Assembly: GCA_030586555.1 (NCBI GenBank)
Contig: JAURAC010000034.1
Span: forward strand, 1-27,373
DNA: 27,373 nucleotides
Source of the DNA: Candidatus Subterrananammoxibius californiae
GTDB taxonomy: Bacteria; Planctomycetota; Brocadiia; Brocadiales; Subterrananammoxibiaceae
Direction of reading: 5' to 3'
Both the position numbers and the translations under genes were made by a program. Below are positions 1 through 8,277 of the stretch, one piece after another. Within the stretch, counting starts at the first letter, position 1. Each line of letters opens with the position of its first letter. The notes beneath the pieces are model-generated. The model was not told the origin of the DNA, made no database searches, and saw only the letters and a list, made by a program, of their open reading frames with translations.

Positions 1-71
1 CTGCCAACATAGGGAAATACAAGATATACCTTGAAATGAGACGGCGAACATACGAACTGTCGCTGCAATAG
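1..71 (+). CDS. Possible 3' end of an upstream gene (partial, ...ANIGKYKIYLEMRRRTYELSLQ*)
   Basis: Frame open from the window edge (codons start at position 3) to TAG 69-71, followed by about 1.1 kb of non-coding-looking DNA. No family recognised. Confidence 0.3.
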   Translation, partial: ANIGKYKIYLEMRRRTYELSLQ

Positions 72-317
72 GAAACAAGGTCTGCTTATGTAAGGAAGAT
101 TGAAGGGCTAAAGGGAAGCGGTGTCTCCAGAGTGCGGTTTTTTTTGATATCCGAGGGTTTTCACTTCGCTTTAAAGCGGGAATAATAGCAAAACAAGCAT
201 AAAGCACCATTTATCCCTTTTAAAAAAACCAAAAAATGCGCAATGTAAAAGCTTGACTAAGGCTATGTCTATTTTTGGGTAGGATAAGCCTGTTGCGAAA
301 TAAGGATTTTGGGCGTT

Positions 318-373
318 GTAGCAAGATTGGGCAGGAAGCTATATGAGAGCGGCGAGCGGTGTAATCTTGCTAC
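318..373. repeat. GTAG-type REP-like inverted repeat
   Basis: GTAGCAAGATT (318-328) and its exact reverse complement AATCTTGCTAC (363-373). Confidence 0.55.
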
Positions 374-527
374 CTTAACCCCATTATACCTGAGAAAGCC
401 GGAGCCTGTGGAGAAGCTTGAGTCAAGGGGTCTCAAGTCATGAGTCATAAACCTCAGGATGGCATGCTTTGCGCCTTTGCGCGCTTTGCGAGAAATAGTA
501 TTTTCAAAAAAAATTTAAATTTTACCC

Positions 528-555
528 TTGACAACAGGAAGCGCTGAGGTATAAT
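528..555 (+). promoter_or_regulatory. Sigma70-type promoter
   Basis: Perfect TTGACA (528-533), 16-bp spacer, perfect TATAAT (550-555), with an AT-rich UP-like tract at about 497-527. Confidence 0.75.
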
Positions 556-593
556 TTCTTACAAAACAAAAAGGGGACAACCTACGACAGGGG

Positions 594-680
594 AAATCAA
601 AAATCAAATATCAAGAATCAAAAAGTATCAAAGGATTTTACCTTATTTTTGATATTTGCTTTTTGGTATTTAATTTTTTT
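594..680. repeat. Heptamer-array inverted repeat (long imperfect hairpin ending in a T-run)
   Basis: AAATCAA AAATCAA ATATCAA GAATCAA (594-621) mirrored by TTTTGAT ATTTGCT TTTTGGT ATTTAAT TTTTTT (647-680). Confidence 0.65.
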
Positions 681-707
681 AGCGCCCATAACCCCCAACC
701 CAAAACC

Positions 708-1150
708 TTTCCCGAAACGAGTTCAGGATGAAAGGAGGCAATCTCCATGAAACACGCATCGTTACGATGTCATTGCGAGGCTCTGCCGAAGCAATCCCCT
801 CAGTTGTATAAGACTCGCAACTCGCAACCCTCAACTCACAACTCGTCAAGACAGACAGACAGACAGAACAAACCCTTCCTCTATTTGTCATGCTGAGCCA
901 CGCCCTATTTGTCATGCTGAATTTATTTCAGCATCTCCCGTATCAAGGTACGGGACAAGTCTTGAGATTCCGAAACAAGCCTGCCCTGAAGACACTTTCA
1001 GGGTTCGGAATGACATGCCAGCAAAGAATGAAGCCCCATTACCTGTCATTGCGATCCGCCTCAGGCGGAGAAGCAATCCCATTTACCTTTTTGCTCATCA
1101 CTCATCGCTTATCATCTATTGCCTATCGCCCATTGCCTATTGCCTGTATT
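708..1150. repeat. Cluster of short palindromic (REP/RPE-like) elements and heptamer arrays upstream of the large gene
   Basis: Two GTCATTGCGA-hairpin-GAAGCAATCCC copies (about 769-798 and 1045-1080); GTCATGCTGAATTTATTTCAGCATCT (about 911-936); GAGATTCCGAAACAA...GTTCGGAATGAC (about 964-1014); ACTCGCA-type array 813-847; (AGAC)4 at 849-864; CCTATTG-type array 1094-1149. Confidence 0.75.
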
Positions 1151-1190
1151 ATTGCTCATTCGGCGGATTAATTAAAGGAGGGAATGGATT

Positions 1191-4100
1191 ATGAAGTATA
1201 AAAAACACCTATTTCTAATCTGCTTGTTTTTGCTATCTTCTTTTTGCATACCCAAAAACATTGCACTTGCCGAGTATGACGCTCAAGATATTGCTGTTAC
1301 AAAAATAGGGTTTGAGGAGCAATCGGTTGAGTCAGGAGACGTAGTTTTCTTAACGGTAACAGTAGAGGTTGAGAATAAAGGCATTGATGATGCTCAAAAT
1401 GTTCCTATTACCGTTTATGTTGGCGAGGAAATCATAGCGCAAGATACAATCCATTATATTCCTGCCGGTGAGACATTCAATCATTCTTATGGTTGGGCAA
1501 TTTCAGCCAAGGAAATCCCTTTCAATTCCAGTATAAGGGCAGAAATTGGCTCGATAGAGCGCGATAGAAGTACCGATAACGATAGAATGTCAAGAAGCTT
1601 CACTCTAACAGAGGAAGATGGGAAAGTAGTCATAAGATATGGTATAAGCGTACATAAGTGGATCGTAAGAGAGGCTGTATATTTTCTGATCAAAGAAAGG
1701 GTAGGAGATCTGGCATTTCGCAGCGAAATAGCAAACTACGTAAATGAATTAACTGAGGGAGCGAAAGATGAAGATGATACCGTTTCTCGCCTAGATTGCA
1801 GCAACCCACCTGATGTTGACCTCCGTTACTTAAGACATTTTTATCGACCAACAGATAATAAGGGCTACTATTTTAAGAAGAGCGAATGGCTTGGTGCAAT
1901 ATATTACTGGTTTCCATGCTCTATAAAAGAACGTTGGGGGTTTCAGACAAATGCTTTCAAGTGGGCTTTGACTGAAAATTTTGGAAACAAAAGTTATAAT
2001 TACACAGAGGCTTTAAAAAAATACAAGAATAACAGAGAGGCTGCATATAAAGCACTGGGTCATGTGCTTCATTTAATAGCCGATGTTTCCCTACCAGAGC
2101 ACACACATCTGGAGTTTCATGGAGAAGATGGGTTAGGAATTTTTAAACAGCCTGGATATGAAAGCTATGTAACCGATATGATTGGAGATGACGAATTTGT
2201 AGGTCTGCCTCCAGATATACTAGATATATTGCATAATAGTAATAATGATTTAAATCATATCCCAGAGGGATATAGAGGAAATGACAAGGACAAGTTCCAT
2301 AGCGACATTACAAAATATGACATTGTAAGATATAACACATTGGAGGAGTATATAGTAAATCTTGCAAAGTTGAGTTATCATCTTAACAGATACAAAGCGG
2401 ACTTCCCTGATAACCCCCACGATGGTGAATACGGCACTTCTGTAGGTCGGTTAGGCGAGATGTTTCCACGCATAGGGTACGATCATGATGATGTTGGGTG
2501 GTATATCCCTGAGGTCGGTCGTCTAGGGAGCGAATGGTGGGAAACAAGAAGCGGCGAACCCAAAAGTAACGCGCATAAGAAAAAAGAGCCCAAAGGCTTT
2601 TACTATTTAGAAAAGACACAAGTAGTACCTGAAAAATACAAGACCTACTGGAATCCAGATGATAAATCAGGTAACAGCGATGTATATGAGTATCTTCCTC
2701 AAAATTATGATAACGACCCTTCAAATGATATTTCCCTTGCACGTTTATATGCAAGGGACTTGATTCCTCTTGCAATAAGGTATGTTGCAGGCGCAATAGA
2801 GCTATTCTGGAATGAGACTCATCCTGTTCTACCTTTCAATGCCTCTGGCAGAGTAACAACGAATAATGGAGGAGGGATTTCTGGCGTAACGATGAGTTTT
2901 ACAGGAAACGGAACGATACCTTCTTCTGTCCAAACGAATGGCAATGGCTACTGGAACCAATCAGGCTTCCAATCCGGAACGACCTATCGCGTAACGCCAA
3001 ACAAATCAGGCTATACCTTCAGCCCACCCTCTCGTGATTTTAGCAGTGAAAGCACAGGGCTGGATTTTACAGGGACACCGACTCCATGTACTACTCTTTC
3101 GACTCCTAACCCCACTTGCGTTGGTACAGTAAATACTACTACCCCCACGCTTAGTTGGAGCGATGTGGCTAATGAAAGCGGATATGAGGTAAAGATTTTC
3201 AACGGCAGTTGCTCAGGGACGCTTATTCATACAAGTTCTCAACTCCCAGCTAATAGCACATCTTATCCTGTCCCTGGAGGGGTTCTCCAGAGTGGGCAAA
3301 CCTATTACTGGCAGGTGCAGGCAAAAGGAAATGGTACAACGTATTGCGATAGCCCTTGGTCTGACTGTTGTTCGTTTACTATAGGCACATGCACTTCTAC
3401 CCTTTCAACTCCAAGTCCCACCTGTGTTAGTACAGTGTATACAACTACCCCCAATCTAAGATGGTATAGCGTAGCCAATGCGAGTGGATACGTAGTAAGG
3501 ATTTTCAGCGGAAGCGGTTGTTCCGGAGCGCCCATTTACACTACAAATCCTCCACTGCCAGCTAACATTACTACCACTGGTTATGATGTTCCCAGTTCTG
3601 TGGGGCTACAGAATGGTCAAACTTACTCATGGCAAGTACAAGCGAAAGGTAACGGCACCACATATTGTGACGGTCCTTGGTCTACTTGTTGTTCATTTAC
3701 TGTAAGCGTATGTACCACCCTTTTAACTCCAAGCCCCAGCGAACCATCTTGCGGTAGTACGATAAACACTAACTATCCCGTTCTTAGATGGAGCGACGTT
3801 GCTAACGAAAGTGGATATGAGCTTAGGATTTTCAACGGAAGCGGTTGTTCCGGGACGCCTTTTTACACAAGCACGTTGCCATCCAATACCACGAGTTATG
3901 GTACTTCCAGTTCCACAGGGCTACAGAGTGGGCAAACCTATTCCTGGCAGGTGCGGGCAAAAGGGAATGGCACTACGTACTGTGACAGCAGTTGGTCTAG
4001 TTGTTGTTCATTTACCATTAATGCCCCCCAGCCGACTCCTATTTTGCAACTTTCTTCAAGCCAAAGTGGCCCGTGGAGTAATGCCCTTACAAGCGCTCAA

Positions 4101-4769
4101 CTTAGCACATATTATCTTAAATGTAGTGGTCTTACACCTAATGGAAGTGCAACTATATATTGGCAAGGGGCTGCAACTGGAGAGGTTACTTTTACGGCCG
4201 ACAGTTCTGGCGGAAACATTAGATCTTCTACGCCTGGATGTGGAAGCCCTGCAGGCCAATATAATGTTCGGGTAAGAGACCATTCTTCTAACAAAGATAG
4301 TGTACAGGTATCCTTGACCCTTACTGCTAACCCTGCGTGTGTCACAGAGGTAATTGTTGACGACCAAAATTCGGGTTTCACCAGGTACGGAACACCTTCC
4401 TTCTGGCATGAGGCATATATTGGTTACAACAGCCACATGTTTTGGACTTATAATAACCAGAATACAATTGACAATTACGCAAAGTGGCAACCAAATCTCT
4501 CCAGTGGAGGGGCCGGGTTCTATGCAGTGTACGCTTATATTCCAAATAATTATGCGGATACAATAAACGCGACCTATACCATTTTTCACAATGGCATTAC
4601 TTGGACCCTCACGATAAACCAAGCCGTAGATTCTAACAAGTGGGTGTTATTAGGAAGTGCCTATTTCTCCGCTAACGGGACTGAGTATGTTAAGTTGGTT
4701 GATAAAACTGGTGAGACTGCTGTGACGAAAATGATTGGCTTTGATGCAGTAAAGTGGGTTAAGCAATAA
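1191..4769 (+). CDS. Secreted multidomain protein: CARDB-like domain + Zn-dependent phospholipase C/P1 nuclease-like domain + Ig-like module + 3 Cys-rich Fn3-like repeats + golvesin-like C-terminal domain
   Basis: 1192-aa ORF with SD AAGGAGG. Sec signal peptide ending ...NIALA. CARDB pattern DIAV..VTVEVENKG..A.NV.I.VY. PLC-like Zn ligands at H155, H216 (LRHFY), H294/D298 (LGHVLHLIAD), H304 (PEH) and YE. Repeats carry LQSGQTYxWQVxAKG. C-terminus VIVDD...AKWQPNL..G.YAVYA...NQ...KWVLLG...GFDAVKW matches golvesin/Xly-CBD-like domains. Confidence 0.85.
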   Translation: MKYKKHLFLICLFLLSSFCIPKNIALAEYDAQDIAVTKIGFEEQSVESGDVVFLTVTVEVENKGIDDAQNVPITVYVGEEIIAQDTIHYIPAGETFNHSYGWAISAKEIPFNSSIRAEIGSIERDRSTDNDRMSRSFTLTEEDGKVVIRYGISVHKWIVREAVYFLIKERVGDLAFRSEIANYVNELTEGAKDEDDTVSRLDCSNPPDVDLRYLRHFYRPTDNKGYYFKKSEWLGAIYYWFPCSIKERWGFQTNAFKWALTENFGNKSYNYTEALKKYKNNREAAYKALGHVLHLIADVSLPEHTHLEFHGEDGLGIFKQPGYESYVTDMIGDDEFVGLPPDILDILHNSNNDLNHIPEGYRGNDKDKFHSDITKYDIVRYNTLEEYIVNLAKLSYHLNRYKADFPDNPHDGEYGTSVGRLGEMFPRIGYDHDDVGWYIPEVGRLGSEWWETRSGEPKSNAHKKKEPKGFYYLEKTQVVPEKYKTYWNPDDKSGNSDVYEYLPQNYDNDPSNDISLARLYARDLIPLAIRYVAGAIELFWNETHPVLPFNASGRVTTNNGGGISGVTMSFTGNGTIPSSVQTNGNGYWNQSGFQSGTTYRVTPNKSGYTFSPPSRDFSSESTGLDFTGTPTPCTTLSTPNPTCVGTVNTTTPTLSWSDVANESGYEVKIFNGSCSGTLIHTSSQLPANSTSYPVPGGVLQSGQTYYWQVQAKGNGTTYCDSPWSDCCSFTIGTCTSTLSTPSPTCVSTVYTTTPNLRWYSVANASGYVVRIFSGSGCSGAPIYTTNPPLPANITTTGYDVPSSVGLQNGQTYSWQVQAKGNGTTYCDGPWSTCCSFTVSVCTTLLTPSPSEPSCGSTINTNYPVLRWSDVANESGYELRIFNGSGCSGTPFYTSTLPSNTTSYGTSSSTGLQSGQTYSWQVRAKGNGTTYCDSSWSSCCSFTINAPQPTPILQLSSSQSGPWSNALTSAQLSTYYLKCSGLTPNGSATIYWQGAATGEVTFTADSSGGNIRSSTPGCGSPAGQYNVRVRDHSSNKDSVQVSLTLTANPACVTEVIVDDQNSGFTRYGTPSFWHEAYIGYNSHMFWTYNNQNTIDNYAKWQPNLSSGGAGFYAVYAYIPNNYADTINATYTIFHNGITWTLTINQAVDSNKWVLLGSAYFSANGTEYVKLVDKTGETAVTKMIGFDAVKWVKQ
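3087..4022 (+). repeat. Three tandem intragenic repeats of about 101-107 aa (Fn3-like, Cys-rich)
   Basis: Units start at Cys codons 3087, 3390 and 3711. They share CTxL.TP.P.C...P.L.WxxVANxSGY...C.G...LQxGQTYxWQVxAKGNGTTYCDxxWSxCCSFT. Confidence 0.9.
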
Positions 4770-4793
4770 ACATAAAGTTTATGTATGCCATAA

Positions 4794-4822
4794 GTAGGGG
4801 CGACCCGTCGGGTCGCCCCTAC
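4794..4822. repeat. GTAG-REP palindrome, possibly acting as the 3' hairpin of the large gene
   Basis: Perfect 14-bp arms GTAGGGGCGACCCG-T-CGGGTCGCCCCTAC, starting 25 bp after the stop codon. Confidence 0.85.
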
Positions 4823-4850
4823 ATGCTTTCCCTATTTACGGATAAACAAC

Positions 4851-5275
4851 GAGATTCTTCGCGGAGTTTATCCTGAGCCACTATTGTCATGTTGAGCGAA
4901 GCGAAACATCTCAAGGAGATTCTTCGGCTTCGCCTCAGAATGACAGGTGAAGGGCTCAGAATGACAATTCGAATGAGATTGCTTCGGGACTCTGTCCCTC
5001 GCAATGACAGAGAAGTGGCTCGGAATGACAGGAGAGATTCTCCCCCCTGCGAAAGCAGGGGTCGGAATGACACGCGTGGTAGGGGCAGACCTACGTGTCT
5101 GCCCGAAAACATTATCGGGCGAACACACAGGTTCGCCCCTACGTTTTTTCATGTCCCTTGAGGCGTTTGAGGCGGAAGATGCAAATACAGCCCCGTTTCC
5201 CTCTTGATAGCGAGGAGAACATACACACCCCTTCCCCCTCCCGCCTGAGGCGGATCTTCGACTTTATAGAGGGGA
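4851..5275. repeat. Dense cluster of nested palindromic elements
   Basis: Several GAGATT...(G/C)AATGAC units; GTCATGTTGAGCGAAGCGAAACATCTC; GAGATTGCTTCGGGACTCTGTCCCTCGCAATGAC; CCCCTGCGAAAGCAGGGG; GTAG-REP doublet 5079-5142; ACACACCCCT...GAGGGG element around 5223-5274. Confidence 0.8.
5134..5179. repeat. 46-bp direct repeat, copy 1 (duplicate of the atpD 3' end; att-like)
   Basis: CGCCCCTACGTTTTTTCATGTCCCTTGAGGCGTTTGAGGCGGAAGA is identical to 5998-6043. Confidence 0.9.
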
Positions 5276-5333
5276 AACAACACATACCCTATACATCCCT
5301 ATTTTCTACCACTCCTTATTATGTATGATTGTA

Positions 5334-5362
5334 TTGACAAATAGCAATATTCGTGTTATATT
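5334..5362 (+). promoter_or_regulatory. Sigma70 promoter of the TA operon (extended -10)
   Basis: TTGACA 5334-5339, 17-bp spacer, TG-n-TATATT (TATATT at 5357-5362). Predicted +1 is about 5369. Confidence 0.7.
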
Positions 5363-5368
5363 TTGTAT

Positions 5369-5656
5369 GTGGATAAAATCTTTGGAAGCTTTGTCTGGGA
5401 CAAGGAAAAAGAATTAGCCAATATTCGTAAACATAGAGTTGATTTTATTACTGCTGCAAAAGTATTCAAGGATGTTAGGAGAAAAATTTATATTGATTCC
5501 AAACATACTAAAAAAGAGGAAAGGTATTTTTGTATCGGAAAGGTCGAGGGTAAGATTTTGACTGTTAGATTTACGTACCGTGAGGGCAAAATTAGAATAT
5601 TCGGGGCTGGATATTGGAGAAAGGGGAAGTGGTATTATGAAAAAGAGGATGATTAG
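5369..5656 (+). CDS. brnT: BrnT family toxin (DUF497 ribonuclease)
   Basis: FVWDKEKELANIRKHRVDF...F.D...H...EERY..IG....LTV.FTYR...IRIFGA is the BrnT pattern. The ORF track starts at TTG 5363, but GTG 5369 coincides with the predicted TSS. Confidence 0.85.
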   Translation: MDKIFGSFVWDKEKELANIRKHRVDFITAAKVFKDVRRKIYIDSKHTKKEERYFCIGKVEGKILTVRFTYREGKIRIFGAGYWRKGKWYYEKEDD

Positions 5657-5882
5657 TTCAGATATGCCTATTGGGAAATTGGTTAGAATTAAAGATTTTC
5701 TTCCTCCGCCTGCTAAATTGGCTGTTCCAGAGGAAACTACGAAGGTTACAATTTCCCTGAAAAAATCAAGTATTGAATTTTTTAAACATCAGGCAGAACG
5801 CTATCATACCAAATATCAAAGGATGATTAGAGAGTTGATAGATAGATACGCTTTGCAATATTCAAAAGGGAATAAACGATAG
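5637..5882 (+). CDS. BrnA/CopG-like ribbon-helix-helix antitoxin
   Basis: ATG 5637 overlaps the toxin 3' end. DFLPPP..L...KVTISL...SIEFFK..A....KYQRMIR.L.D.YA is typical of BrnT partner antitoxins. Confidence 0.8.
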   Translation: MKKRMISSDMPIGKLVRIKDFLPPPAKLAVPEETTKVTISLKKSSIEFFKHQAERYHTKYQRMIRELIDRYALQYSKGNKR

Positions 5883-5956
5883 ATTATGGACGGATTAAAT
5901 AGGCGATGGACGATAGGTAATCTGAAAAGGAGATTCTTCGCTTCACTCAGAATGAC
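5877..5956. repeat. Heptamer array plus GAGATTCTTCG...CAGAATGAC element downstream of the TA pair
   Basis: CGATAGA TTATGGA...CGATGGA CGATAGG (5877-5917) is the reverse-complement type of 1094-1149. GAGATTCTTCGCTTCACTCAGAATGAC lies at about 5930-5956. Confidence 0.6.
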
Positions 5957-5978
5957 ATTGGAATGATACTGTAATGGA

Positions 5979-6006
5979 GTAAGGGCGTATTGCAATACGC
6001 CCCTAC
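5979..6006 (-). repeat. GTAG-REP overlapping the atpD stop codon
   Basis: Minus strand reads GTAGGGGCGTATTGCAATACGCCCTTAC. Its TAG is the atpD stop (6003-6005). Confidence 0.75.
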
Positions 6007-6043
6007 GTTTTTTCATGTCCCTTGAGGCGTTTGAGGCGGAAGA
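5998..6043. repeat. 46-bp direct repeat, copy 2 (atpD 3' end)
   Basis: Identical to 5134-5179 with an offset of 864 bp. Confidence 0.9.
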
Positions 6044-6623
6044 CGTCCTCTCGTGCTCTTTCCTCTAAGGTGTCGCGAATAAACCGCATTTCTCTTGTTA
6101 AATTGGGGATGAGGATTTGTTCGAGGGCATTGACCCTTCGGGAAGTTTTTCTTATTTCTTGCCCGAGACGTTTGAGTTTTATCTCTATCGGCGCCATCTT
6201 AATTATGAGGTCTATAACCATTTTAAACGCTGAAGCGGTCTCATCAATCCGTGCGCTTGTGTCTGTAGCGTATCCCCTTTCAAATGGAGAGCGCATAGCG
6301 CCCTCGGTCTTAACATGAGGGATTTTTATTCCCCATATATTTCTTTCTTCCATTTTTATGGTTAAATCCTCTGCATAGGCAAACGCAGCAGATTCGACCT
6401 TCTCAGAGCCGTCAATGGCAAGGGACATTATCAGGGCGTCTACAGCCTTGCGCAATTCCTTTTGCGCCTCGTTTCGGACGGACAAAAGCGGTTGTACCTC
6501 TCCCATGAACTCCTTGAGTAAGGCATCCCTTTTATTCTTGAGTAATTCGACACCCTGCAGTGCAAGCTTTATCTGCGCCTTGCGCTGTAGTAGATTCATC
6601 CTTGTTGGACTTACTTGTTCCAT
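6003..6623 (-). CDS. atpD: V/A-type ATP synthase subunit D (NtpD)
   Basis: SPTRMNLL...LLKNKRDAL and KTSRRVNALEQILIP...LEERAREDVFRLK motifs; last gene of the operon. Confidence 0.95.
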   Translation of the reverse strand: MEQVSPTRMNLLQRKAQIKLALQGVELLKNKRDALLKEFMGEVQPLLSVRNEAQKELRKAVDALIMSLAIDGSEKVESAAFAYAEDLTIKMEERNIWGIKIPHVKTEGAMRSPFERGYATDTSARIDETASAFKMVIDLIIKMAPIEIKLKRLGQEIRKTSRRVNALEQILIPNLTREMRFIRDTLEERAREDVFRLKRLKGHEKT

Positions 6624-6653
6624 TATAACCCTCGCACCTTTTTAAAAGACGAT

Positions 6654-6685
6654 GTGACACGGACAAACAAGTTTGTCCATGCCAC
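6654..6685. repeat. GGCACGGACAAAC-type palindromic element between atpB and atpD
   Basis: GTGACACGGACAAAC-AA-GTTTGTCCATGCCAC (2 mismatches between arms). The same family occurs at 12562-12614. Confidence 0.75.
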
Positions 6686-6699
6686 CCTGTATAAGAGCT

Positions 6700-8124
6700 T
6701 TAATCAAATTCCAGCCTATAATATGGCGAATGTACGCCGTCCTGCATAATTTCAGAGAAGTATTTTGTGATGACCTGCTTGTTAATACGGCGCAGTTCGC
6801 TTTCAGGGAATATTGAGAGAAGTCTCCATGCAAGCGTGAGGGTTTCCTCTATGGTTCTGTTAGTGAAGCCCTGGCCGATGAAGCTCTTCTCAAACGCATC
6901 GGCAAAACGTAGATATTTTTTGTCGAGCTCGCTAAGGGCTTCTTCACCAACTATGGCAATCAAACGTCTGAGGTCTCTGCCCTGGGCATAACAGGCGTAT
7001 AGCTGGTCCGTCACCTGGCGATGGTCCTCACGGGTTTTTCCCTTGCCGATACCGTTGTTCATTAACCTCGAAAGGCAGAGTAATACGTCTATCGGCGGAT
7101 ACACACCAAGCCTGTGCAAATGGCGGCTGAGCACAATTTGTCCTTCTGTGATATAGCCGGTTAAGTCGGCGATTGGATGGGTAATATCATCGTCAGGCAT
7201 GGTAAGTATTGGAATCTGGGTAACGGAGCCTTTTTTCCCCTTGATTCTGCCAGCCCTTTCGTATATTGAGGCAAGGTCTGTGTACATGTAGCCTGGATAA
7301 CCACGCCGCCCTGGAATTTCTTCCCTTGCGGTGCTAATCTCACGCAGCGCCTCGCAGTAGTTAGTCATATCCGTTAAAATGACAAGGACGTGATAATCAT
7401 GTTCAAATGCCAGATATTCTGCAACTGTTAAGGCGCACCGTGGCGTTAGTATCCTTTCAATCGTTGGGTCATCGGCAAGGTTCATGAAACAGACGGCTTT
7501 CCCAATCGAGCCCGTATCTTCAAAACTCTTTATAAAGAATGCTGCCTCACGGGATGTTATCCCCATTGCGGCAAATACTGTAACAAATTGTGTTTCTTCA
7601 CCACGGACGATGGATTGGCTTAGTATCTGGGCGGCAAGTTCATTTGCAGGAAGACCTGAACCTGAGAAAATGGGCAGCTTCTGGCCCCTTACCAGCGTAT
7701 TATTGCCGTCTATGGGTGAGACGCCTGTCTGGATAAAATCATTTGGCTTTGCACGGGAGACGGGATTAATGGGAACGCCTGTAATCTCAAGGAACTTTTC
7801 CGGAATGACATCTGGTAAACCATCGAGTGGTTTTCCTATACCGTTAAATATGCGCCCCACCATATCACGGCTTACGCCAATTCTTGCAATCTCTTCCTTG
7901 AGCCTTACGGCGGTTTCGGCAACGTCTAATCCAGCCGTTTGCTCAAGGACCTGTACGATTGCGTGCTCCGTTGAGGTTTCAAGCACCTGTCCTGAGCGAA
8001 TCTCCCCATTAGGCATAATGATTTCAAGGATTGAGTTGTAGCTGAACCTGTAACCCTTATCAACGAATATCAATGGTCCTGAAACATAATTAACATTTTT
8101 GTACTCTCTTGTTAGTAAATCCAT
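6700..8124 (-). CDS. atpB: V/A-type ATP synthase subunit B (NtpB)
   Basis: [28 protein letters not shown] and [15 protein letters not shown]. The start is set at ATG 8124 (MDLLTREY) behind SD AAAGGAG; the longer ORF start lies within a repeat. Confidence 0.97.
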   Translation of the reverse strand: MDLLTREYKNVNYVSGPLIFVDKGYRFSYNSILEIIMPNGEIRSGQVLETSTEHAIVQVLEQTAGLDVAETAVRLKEEIARIGVSRDMVGRIFNGIGKPLDGLPDVIPEKFLEITGVPINPVSRAKPNDFIQTGVSPIDGNNTLVRGQKLPIFSGSGLPANELAAQILSQSIVRGEETQFVTVFAAMGITSREAAFFIKSFEDTGSIGKAVCFMNLADDPTIERILTPRCALTVAEYLAFEHDYHVLVILTDMTNYCEALREISTAREEIPGRRGYPGYMYTDLASIYERAGRIKGKKGSVTQIPILTMPDDDITHPIADLTGYITEGQIVLSRHLHRLGVYPPIDVLLCLSRLMNNGIGKGKTREDHRQVTDQLYACYAQGRDLRRLIAIVGEEALSELDKKYLRFADAFEKSFIGQGFTNRTIEETLTLAWRLLSIFPESELRRINKQVITKYFSEIMQDGVHSPYYRLEFD

Positions 8125-8139
8125 AAAAATTACTCCTTT

Positions 8140-8277
8140 CAAAATACCAAATTCCAAATCCCAAATAAATTCCAAATTACAATGTCTAAAATGACCAAAA
8201 CTATTTGGTTATTTAGGGTTTTGAATTTTGGTCATTGGGATTTGTTTGTTATTTGGTACTTGTTATTTGGCGCTTTT
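8140..8277. repeat. Heptamer-array long inverted repeat between rfbB and atpB
   Basis: AATACCA AATTCCA AATCCCA AATAAATTCCA... mirrored by ...TGGGATT TGTTTGTTATT TGGTACT TGTTATT TGGCGCT. It overlaps the rfbB stop. Confidence 0.75.

Noticed and set aside
110..150. Intrinsic terminator before the T8 run near 138-145
   Set aside because: I could not find a convincing GC-rich stem immediately upstream of the T-run.
679..1171. ORFs 679-915 (-) and 890-1171 (+)
   Set aside because: They are translations of palindromes and heptamer arrays (e.g. CELRVASCE, VMLNLFQHL, IAYRPLPIA) with no family signal.
3799..4622. Alternative-frame and antisense ORFs within the large gene (and similar ones within the ATPase, hemL, apr and treT genes)
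   Set aside because: They fully overlap well-supported genes and show no recognisable motifs.
4794..5275. Possible CRISPR array in the repeat cluster
   Set aside because: Units differ in sequence, are nested and irregularly spaced, have no constant-length spacers, and no cas genes are present.
4819..5328. Five overlapping short ORFs in the repeat cluster
   Set aside because: They are built from repeat-derived peptides (VILSEAK-like, VGADLRVCP) in several frames at once, which is typical of spurious calls.
8125..8175. Extended N-termini from the ORF track for atpB (also atpC, atpE, aprA, yeiH, rrf2 and the antitoxin)
   Set aside because: Downstream ATGs have better SD sequences or gene overlaps and match family N-termini; several extensions run through repeats.
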